Below, in pieces: positions 57,247 through 64,000 of a stretch of 64,000 nt of DNA; position 1 is the stretch's first letter, and each line of letters starts with the position of its first letter. The DNA is taken from NCBI GenBank assembly GCA_964631415.1, contig CAZVZC010000001.1:119042-183041 (forward strand), in the 5' to 3' direction. The DNA comes from an uncultured archaeon. Lineage in GTDB: Archaea; Asgardarchaeota; Thorarchaeia; Thorarchaeales; Thorarchaeaceae. A program made the position numbers and the translations under genes. The notes beneath the pieces are model-generated. The model was not told the DNA's origin and searched no databases. It saw only the letters and a list, made by a program, of their open reading frames with translations.

Positions 57247-59283
57247 ATGGACTCGCTACGACACAATGGCATCTATGTACTTAGACCGCCAGACCCCCAT
57301 AATCTGACCATTCGTGTCCGCGGCAAGGACATGATACTGGACAGGCTCCAAGAAGAGATGGCAGTCGCCTGGGTGAAGAAGATCGGCACTCCATACGTAG
57401 ACGACCCGGTGTTCAAGAGCAACTTCTCAAGGGACTTCAGTAGACAGCTAGGTGTCAACCCACCTCTCCGGCTTGATGACGTCAGAGAAATAGACCTTGC
57501 TCAGGTGACTGCATTTGTCGAGGCCCAGCGCAAGAGAAAGGAGATCATGACTAGGGACGAGAAGAAGGCTGACCTAGAACGTAGAAAGGTAGAGAGGGAG
57601 CAACTCAAGGAGCGCTATGGCTACGCCGCAGTTGACGGTCAAAAGATGGAACTGGCCAACTACCAGACAGAACCATCGGGAATATTCATGGGACGTGGCC
57701 AGCATCCTCTGAGGGGCAGATGGAAGCAAGGGGCATCTGAGAGAGACATCACACTGAATCTCGACCATGGTGCAGTGCGGCCTGAGGGGAGCTGGAAGAA
57801 GATAATATGGGCACCGGACTGCATGTGGACTGCAAAGTGGGTCGACAAGCTAACGCGGAAAGAGAAGTACATCTGGTTACATGATTCGACACCAATCAAA
57901 CAGGAGCGGGAGGAGGCGAAGTTTGACAGGGCTCTCAGAATGGAGGAGAAGACGGAGCAGATTCGTTCGCATATCATGAACGGCCTTCACTCGTTGGATG
58001 CCATGCGAAGAGAGATAGCCGCCGCATGCTACCTGATAGACGGACTGAGCCTGCGAGTCGGCGACGAGAAGGACCCAGATGAGGCAGACACGGTCGGTGC
58101 CACTACACTAAGGGTTGAACACCTGACTCTCAAGAAAGACTCCGTAGTCTTCGATTTCCTAGGAAAAGATAGTGTCCCATGGCATAAGGAGCTGGATCTC
58201 CCACCTGACATATTTGAAGTCTTCAAGGAGCTCTATCAGAGGGCATCTGAGAAGGTCGAGTCGTTCAAAGCCCGAGCGAGCCCAAAGACTTCTGCAGACC
58301 CCAAGAAGATTGCACTGATATTCCCTGATGTCAGAAGCACTCACGTCAACAAGTTCCTGAGTGAAGTCGATTCGGATTTGACTGCAAAGGTATTCAGAAC
58401 CCTGCACGCCACTGTGAAGATCCGGGACGAATTGGACCAGAGCAAGGTGAGAAGGACAGATCTAGAGTCTGCGAAGAGGGCAGCGTTCAAGCGTGCGAAC
58501 CTCGAGGTCGCCAGAGTCATGAATCATACGAAGCAGGCCCCGAAGGGTTGGGCTAATACAGCCCAGCGTTACGAATCAAGGATTAGGACTGCAGAACAGA
58601 AGCTGGCTGTGACGAGAAAGCAGCTGACCAGCATGAGAGCACGGCTGAGAGAGGTCAAGAAGAAGGAGGAAGCCGCACTGGCGAAGTTCGAAGAATCGGT
58701 CCAGAGACAGAAGCAGATTGTCGAGAAGAACTGGCAGTCCGTGATTGCATGGCGGGAGCGCCGTGACAAGGTGAAAGTTGCTTGGGACAACTCGAGGGAT
58801 AGAAGACGCCGAACACGGACGAGCAGACGCAAGGCTCTAACCACCAAGAAGGAGCGCCTCGACGAGACAAAGGTTAGAATAGACAACGCAAGAAGCCGGC
58901 TTGACAAGATTGAAGCTGGTCTCGTCAATGCACGCGTGCGGTACGAGAAGAGCCGTGATGTCCTCGACAAGAGGGCGGCCGCGCTTGCAACCCTGAAGGG
59001 AAGGTCTGCAGAGAGGATTGACCGTGTCCAGAGGGCAGTCGAAGCTCAGAAAGACCGGGTAAAGAAGGCCGAAGCAACTAAGCAGAGGCTCGAGACAGAC
59101 TACGAGTTGGCAAATGCCAGCCGAACATGGAACCTCGGTACCTCTCTCAAGTCGTATGTCCATCCACGTGCAGTACACAGATGGTGCCAGAGAGTGGACT
59201 TGGATTGGCGATCACTCTATTCCAGGACGCTCCAGAGGAAGTTCGCCTGGGTGGAGATGTCCTCATCATCGGGTCAGAAGTAG
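57247..59283 (+). CDS. top1: Eukaryote-type (large) DNA topoisomerase IB with long coiled-coil linker
   Basis: SLRHNG, EPSGIFMGRGQHPLRG, LRVGDEKD, FLGKDS, AKVFRT, NH427, GTSLKSY637. Confidence 0.95.
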   Translation: MDSLRHNGIYVLRPPDPHNLTIRVRGKDMILDRLQEEMAVAWVKKIGTPYVDDPVFKSNFSRDFSRQLGVNPPLRLDDVREIDLAQVTAFVEAQRKRKEIMTRDEKKADLERRKVEREQLKERYGYAAVDGQKMELANYQTEPSGIFMGRGQHPLRGRWKQGASERDITLNLDHGAVRPEGSWKKIIWAPDCMWTAKWVDKLTRKEKYIWLHDSTPIKQEREEAKFDRALRMEEKTEQIRSHIMNGLHSLDAMRREIAAACYLIDGLSLRVGDEKDPDEADTVGATTLRVEHLTLKKDSVVFDFLGKDSVPWHKELDLPPDIFEVFKELYQRASEKVESFKARASPKTSADPKKIALIFPDVRSTHVNKFLSEVDSDLTAKVFRTLHATVKIRDELDQSKVRRTDLESAKRAAFKRANLEVARVMNHTKQAPKGWANTAQRYESRIRTAEQKLAVTRKQLTSMRARLREVKKKEEAALAKFEESVQRQKQIVEKNWQSVIAWRERRDKVKVAWDNSRDRRRRTRTSRRKALTTKKERLDETKVRIDNARSRLDKIEAGLVNARVRYEKSRDVLDKRAAALATLKGRSAERIDRVQRAVEAQKDRVKKAEATKQRLETDYELANASRTWNLGTSLKSYVHPRAVHRWCQRVDLDWRSLYSRTLQRKFAWVEMSSSSGQK

Positions 59284-59285
59284 TG

Positions 59286-59360
59286 TGGTGCGCCCGCCGG
59301 GACTCGAACCCGGGCCGGATCCGTGGCAGGGATCCATCATAGCCCCTAGACAACGGGCGC
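59286..59360 (-). tRNA. tRNA-Gly(GCC)
   Basis: GCGCCCG acceptor, GATCC-CTGCCAC-GGATC, TTCGAGT, A-CCA. Confidence 0.95.
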
Positions 59361-59425
59361 AGTGACAGAGACCGCGATGGAGAGTGTTAAAAAGCTTGTC
59401 GAAGGCGGGGCGCGTGGAATGCGGT

Positions 59426-60538
59426 TTGGTGGTCACAGATCAAGTCCACTCGGGTGAACCAGTAGCCCAAGAGCGCCTAGATTGGATTGAGATGGCTAAG
59501 GGCATTGGCGTGACGTTTGTAGTTCTCGTACACTCTATCATTCCCCTGATAGACCCTGTGACCACCCATCTTAGCAGCTTCACGATTCCTATCTTCTTTG
59601 TATTGACAGGACTGACTTACAACAATGAGAAACACAGAACACATCTGAGGAATCTGGCCACATCACGAGCACGCCAGCTTCTCATTCCGTACCTCTCACT
59701 CTACGTTATCATGATGATTCTGTTCATTCCCTTGTCACCAAGCATCGAAACCTATCTGACTCCGGACCAGCTAGTCTTTTGGTTTCTCTACGGCAGTGGC
59801 CCTCCAAACTCCGCGACGCATCTATGGTTCCTGCCAGTGCTCTTTCTTGGAATGATGGTCTTTGTGACCATTGACAGGATCACATACAGCCTGCCGAGAG
59901 CATTCAGGTGGATTACGTTGATCCTGCTGGTGCTTGCTGCGGACGTAATCTGGTCTCTCTTCCGCCCCGTTCTAGTCCCATGGCGAATCAGCTCAGTCCT
60001 CGTCGCTGCATCATTGATGATTATTGGCAATGAGATGCGTCGACTGAGAGGTCTGAAACGTTGGGCCTATGGGTCTCGTATCAGAAACACAATCGGTGTC
60101 TTACTGGTTACGACTATCTTGTTGACATTGTCCCAGCTCAACGGGTTCACTGACATGGCAGTCGACAGGTATGGGGTGAGCCTCTGGCTCTACATTCCAG
60201 CAGGAGTTCTGGGCTCAGTACTTGTGTTTCAGGTTTCGAGTCTGCTCGACAGATTCACTGCCCCAAAGAGGGTCTTCGTCGCTCTTGGCGGCGCATCACA
60301 AGAGGTGTACGAGGTGCATCCCGTGGCCTTCTTGTTGGTACCAATAGCTGCCTATGCGTTCGGCATCACCCTAGCGAACGATGCCGACCTAAGTTATTCC
60401 CTATGGCCGGCGCGGTTCATACTCGGCATCGGGTTATCCCTTATGCTAGTGAATCGTCTGATCAGGAGAAACCGGTTTCTCTCATTAGTCTTCAGCGGCA
60501 CACCTCTGCACAGAGTATCCAACAGCTCCGGGAGTTGA
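59426..60538 (+). CDS. Acyltransferase-3 (OafA-like) multi-TM acyltransferase
   Basis: RLDWIEMAKG...VVLVH, PIFFVLTG, LLIPY, LWFL; start uncertain. Confidence 0.85.
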   Translation: MVVTDQVHSGEPVAQERLDWIEMAKGIGVTFVVLVHSIIPLIDPVTTHLSSFTIPIFFVLTGLTYNNEKHRTHLRNLATSRARQLLIPYLSLYVIMMILFIPLSPSIETYLTPDQLVFWFLYGSGPPNSATHLWFLPVLFLGMMVFVTIDRITYSLPRAFRWITLILLVLAADVIWSLFRPVLVPWRISSVLVAASLMIIGNEMRRLRGLKRWAYGSRIRNTIGVLLVTTILLTLSQLNGFTDMAVDRYGVSLWLYIPAGVLGSVLVFQVSSLLDRFTAPKRVFVALGGASQEVYEVHPVAFLLVPIAAYAFGITLANDADLSYSLWPARFILGIGLSLMLVNRLIRRNRFLSLVFSGTPLHRVSNSSGS

Positions 60539-60594
60539 ACAGGATTGACATCACAGTTAAGAGATGCCTGCGACCTGTTGCTTTGGGGTGCGCC

Positions 60595-61308
60595 ATGACC
60601 GAGAGCAAGCTCCTGAAGAACCAGAAACGGCAGATCATGCGTGAGATCTACGAGAATCACATGCTGTTGACTGCGAAGCGCGACCGTCCTGAAGGGTGGA
60701 AGCTGCTTTCCGGACTATGGAGCCCGTTCTACATTCAGCTTCGAATCCTCAGTTCATTTCCAGGCACTCTGAAGAAAGTAGGGAAAGCCATGTCGTTGAT
60801 GCTGAAGGAGGAGGCTCCACATGTCAACAGACTGGTTGGAGTTGCATTTGCAGGAGTGCCAATTGCCACGGCTGTGTCCATCGAGTCAGGTCTTCCTGCA
60901 TGCCATACCCGAAAGTTTGTGGGAGTGACTTCCGAGGAGGACCTTCAGAAGGCACTGGCCCAGTATGGCCAGCATTCGATGCTAGAAGGGGATGTCCAAG
61001 AGGGCGATGTCCTCTGTCTGGTTGACGACCTTGTAACACAGATGGATGCAAAGATCATGGCACGGGCTCAAGTCCTTTCTGAGCTGGAGCGACGAGGAAT
61101 CAAGAATGTGAAATGCGATGATGTGGCAGTCCTGATAGACCGTCAGCAGGGAGCGGCTGAGCGCGCGAAGACTTCCGGGGTGCGTCTGTTCTCGTTGGTC
61201 AAACTCGTTGACGAGGGGCTCCCCATGATAAAGGATCTCATGTCGGTGGATGACTACAATCAGATTAGAACCTACTTGGCCGACCCCGGCAAGTTCCAAG
61301 GCCGCTGA
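60595..61308 (+). CDS. Orotate phosphoribosyltransferase-like type I PRTase with atypical PRPP loop
   Basis: LLSGLWSPFYI, AGVPIA, LVDDLVT, LIDRQQG; start trimmed to ATG 60595. Confidence 0.75.
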   Translation: MTESKLLKNQKRQIMREIYENHMLLTAKRDRPEGWKLLSGLWSPFYIQLRILSSFPGTLKKVGKAMSLMLKEEAPHVNRLVGVAFAGVPIATAVSIESGLPACHTRKFVGVTSEEDLQKALAQYGQHSMLEGDVQEGDVLCLVDDLVTQMDAKIMARAQVLSELERRGIKNVKCDDVAVLIDRQQGAAERAKTSGVRLFSLVKLVDEGLPMIKDLMSVDDYNQIRTYLADPGKFQGR

Positions 61309-61366
61309 AGGATGTGGGATATACCAGCACTCTTAGAAAGGACTCCTATTCTCGACGCGATAGGTT

Positions 61367-61828
61367 GTGCCGAGTCCGATGAATGAACAGAAGAGCCCAA
61401 TTGACCAGATGCTGAACTTGGCGCTTGCGACAGCAATGAACCAATATCAGTTCTACCTTGATATCTCGTCGAAGGTGGAAACTACCAAGGTCAAGGAGTT
61501 ACTCTTGTCCTTGGCAAGGTCAGAAGAGGCACTTATTGTCAAGATTGAGTCGATGATGGCGTCCGGGGTTCTCGATGCTGTCGAGAGAGCGCGCACAATG
61601 GATGAGGACGAACCTGACGACACTCCGTTCGATCTAGTGCAAGCAGAAACTGATCCCCGTCTGTATGTCTGCAACAGGGCATTGAAGATGACGATGAAGG
61701 GCTACACATTCTATCTGTCAATAGCTGCCAGAGCGAAGTCTGAGGTCATCAGTCGGATGTTCCGGTACTTCGCACACATGAAAGCCGAACAGATTCGGCA
61801 GATTCGCTTCATTTGTGAGAGCCTCTGA
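61367..61828 (+). CDS. Rubrerythrin/ferritin-like four-helix protein lacking most diiron ligands
   Basis: Duplicated A(L)..x..FY...F/L..LA pattern. Confidence 0.65.
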   Translation: MPSPMNEQKSPIDQMLNLALATAMNQYQFYLDISSKVETTKVKELLLSLARSEEALIVKIESMMASGVLDAVERARTMDEDEPDDTPFDLVQAETDPRLYVCNRALKMTMKGYTFYLSIAARAKSEVISRMFRYFAHMKAEQIRQIRFICESL

Positions 61829-62042
61829 ACACAGAACTTGGCACTGTGTTTGTGAGAACACGTGTTCCAAAGACATGGAGATCAGGTAACGCGCTCTTGG
61901 AACTTTTCACCAATAGATTTATATGCATTTATTCAAATGACAAAACAGAGGTCCGTAGAAGACTTAGTCGGCTGTGTGGCTCCAGTGACTCCACCGGAAA
62001 CAGTGGGGTGCGGGGGCAAAGCCCGGGAACGAGAGATGATAG

Positions 62043-62426
62043 ATGATGAAGAACGAAGCCGCTGTGTTCATCCCTGCAGTGCTGCTGAACAGCTACGAGG
62101 AGTTCAAGACGTTCGCCAAGCAGGCTGCTCTGGTCGTGTATACTCCTGAGCACTTCCACAGTCCATTCTTGGATGATGCGAAGCGACTGCGAAGGGTCAC
62201 ACTGACAGCACTTGGAGTGCGAGTCAGAGGAATGGCACTGACATTCAAGTATGTCCTTGACTACGATACTCTCTCAGACGCATCTAGGACATGGGATGAG
62301 CAAGTGGCAGAGGCCGACGATCTCATGAAGGGAATCTTGGCAAGTCTTGAGACCGACTGCAACTTGGTGCGTGGGACAGTAGAGACCGAGCCCACAATCG
62401 GAGAGACTCTGATGGCACGTCCTTGA
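62043..62426 (+). CDS. Hypothetical protein
   Basis: Clean ORF with upstream TATA box and no recognised motif. Confidence 0.65.
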   Translation: MMKNEAAVFIPAVLLNSYEEFKTFAKQAALVVYTPEHFHSPFLDDAKRLRRVTLTALGVRVRGMALTFKYVLDYDTLSDASRTWDEQVAEADDLMKGILASLETDCNLVRGTVETEPTIGETLMARP

Positions 62427-62519
62427 ATATCACCGGATTATGTCATCACTCCTCTCAGTTTCGCAGGGCAAGACCGACAATGATATGAGGCTTCAACTCA
62501 AGAAAGCACGCGACAGACT

Positions 62520-63041
62520 GTGACAGAAACCGAGCCGGCCGAGGGTCTTGTACAGCGCATTCTCCAGCAGTACTCAGACCGACCTAGGGGCTGGAGGGTC
62601 ATGAGCACTCCAAGAGGGGAGATGCTCGTGATCGGACCCGAGTCTGCCTTTCAGTTGAAGCTCATTCCTCTCAATCCCTTTGAGTTTACCGGCGCAGGAG
62701 CTGAAATACCAAACCCAAGCGGAGTGCTCAGTTCAATCAAGAGGACTCCTGAGTTCGGCCTGAGGGCCCTTAGTGACGATGACGTCAAAGGGCTGTTCGA
62801 TGCGCTGAGCGACCCGCAGGGCAGTCGACTATCGCTAGAGTCAATCATCAAGAGGGCTCCACTCACTCCTGACGACCTGAACAGCGCTCGGGCAAGTCAT
62901 TTTCTAAGCGGCCCTGTCTTGACAAGGCCTGAGCTCGGTTCGCTCGGACCTGATTTCCTCAAGACGCAGTTGTCCCTTGATAGTGCTGCAGACGACATCT
63001 TCAGAAAACGCTATCCTCTGCGTGCTGGCATGTACGTGTGA
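62520..63041 (+). CDS. Hypothetical archaeal protein with C-terminal HbYX-like tail (MYV)
   Basis: Clean ORF filling the gap before tRNA-Val; ends RAGMYV. Confidence 0.7.
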   Translation: MTETEPAEGLVQRILQQYSDRPRGWRVMSTPRGEMLVIGPESAFQLKLIPLNPFEFTGAGAEIPNPSGVLSSIKRTPEFGLRALSDDDVKGLFDALSDPQGSRLSLESIIKRAPLTPDDLNSARASHFLSGPVLTRPELGSLGPDFLKTQLSLDSAADDIFRKRYPLRAGMYV

Positions 63042-63051
63042 ACAGAAGGAG

Positions 63052-63129
63052 TGGTGGGTCGGGCCGGATTTGAACCGGCGGCCACTGCACTGTCAATGCA
63101 GTATCATAACCGATCTAGACTACCGACCC
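63052..63129 (-). tRNA. tRNA-Val(GAC)
   Basis: GGGTCGG acceptor, CTGCA-TTGACAG-TGCAG, TTCAAAT, A-CCA. Confidence 0.95.
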
Positions 63130-63217
63130 ATTCCGATGACCCACGACTGCGGTCGATTAAAAACGTTGCGACATTAAGTTCTACTGCATCGATTGTACAT
63201 GGACAGGAGCGACCGTT

Positions 63218-63676
63218 TCAATCATCTAGGAGTCCACTACTTCCAAAACCTCTCTCGCCTCTCTCTGAGGACGCAAGAGTCTCAGTTTTTACCAGTCGGA
63301 CATCCGGCACGCGCCTGATTGCAAGCTGGCAGATTCTCATTCCTTTCATGATTTTGAAAGGTTCCCTGCTCAAGTTCACCATTATCGACTTGACCTCACC
63401 CCTATATCCACTATCGACAGTGCCCGGGGCGTTGAGGACTGTCACTCCATACTGCAGAGCCAATCCGCTTCTGGGTCTGACTTCTCCCTCATATCCACGT
63501 GGTATCTCCACAGAGATTCCTGTTGGCACCGCCGAACGTTGACCCGGCTCCAGATCAAGGTCAATGGTCGAGTAGAGGTCGAAGGCAACATCTCCCTCGG
63601 TTGCGAGAACAGGCATCTTGGAATCGGGAGTCAACAGCTTCACACGTACTGTCACACTGTCCAGCTTCATAGACAT
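63218..63676 (-). CDS. dut: Trimeric dUTPase
   Basis: AFDL, RSGLA, GTVDSGYRGE, RICQL, RGERGFGSSG. Confidence 0.96.
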   Translation of the reverse strand: MSMKLDSVTVRVKLLTPDSKMPVLATEGDVAFDLYSTIDLDLEPGQRSAVPTGISVEIPRGYEGEVRPRSGLALQYGVTVLNAPGTVDSGYRGEVKSIMVNLSREPFKIMKGMRICQLAIRRVPDVRLVKTETLASSERGERGFGSSGLLDD

Positions 63677-63723
63677 CCAGTCCTTTTCGCATATCGCTGG
63701 TCAAATCTGATTGAAAAAGGAGT

Positions 63724-63858
63724 TGGTGCCGCGGACCGGATTTCTTGGCCCAGGACTGGCAGTCAGTCCCGGCGAACCAGTGACAGCAGGATGAATGCCA
63801 ACAACAGGAAACTGTCGTTGTCTTCAGTCCTGCGCTCTCCCAGCTAAGCTACCGCGGC
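63724..63858 (-). tRNA. tRNA-Phe(GAA) with two introns: 37/38 (63793..63821) and T-loop 56/57 (63744..63773)
   Basis: GCCGCGG acceptor, CAGGA/TCCTG and ACTGG/CCGGT stems; excising both inserts restores CTGAAGA and TTCAAAT loops; A-CCA. Confidence 0.9.
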
Positions 63859-64000
63859 AGTCTGTCCGGGCAACTTAAGAGCCCATGAGTCGTCACGTTG
63901 CGCATCGCCTAGTTTTCTCCATATAAGTATGATGCTAACCAGCTCGTGGATGTCAACTTAAGCCCTCGGAGAGTCGCTTGATATGATAACAGCTGACGAA

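Noticed and set aside
63051-63542. ORFs overlapping tRNA genes (also 34342, 39837, 43051, 59114-59365)
   Set aside because: They are translations of tRNA sequence or antisense to real genes.
1-64000. CRISPR arrays, IS elements, integrases, rRNA, inteins
   Set aside because: None seen: no spaced direct repeats, no transposase or recombinase ORF other than Topo IB, and Cdc48, AtpB, Hef and Top6B have normal lengths.

Overview
A gene-dense core-genome segment from an archaeon, most likely an Asgard archaeon (Thorarchaeia-like). That placement is inferred from the archaeal information-processing genes plus ribophorin I-, RPA32- and eukaryote-type Topo IB homologues. It holds A/V-ATPase A (partial) and B, Hef, Cdc48, Fen1, the aIF2beta-NMD3-aIF1A-Rio1-Dim2-TopoVI cluster, gcvPA/PB, the ftsZ-secE-spt5-L11-L1-P0-P1 cluster and the rpp21-S19e-L39e-L31e-aIF6-LX-prefoldin-ftsY cluster. 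There are 8 CCA-encoding tRNA genes, 5 of which carry 7 short introns; 3 introns sit at non-canonical positions. I found no CRISPR array, transposase or integrase. Best leads: (1) a 985-aa ribophorin I/Ost1-like membrane protein with an FKBP-type domain nested inside a DOMON domain, transcribed divergently from the AglH/Alg7 gene, which suggests an N-glycosylation-coupled folding module; (2) Spt5 with a C2HC zinc finger inserted in its NGN domain; (3) a eukaryote-type Topo IB with a very long linker, between two convergent tRNA-Gly genes; (4) multi-intron tRNAs; (5) DeoC with a 4-Cys tail next to AOR; (6) a PAC/LpdD-like gene paired with a ubiquitin-fold protein ending GG-T. All family calls come from motif recognition by eye; no database search was run.
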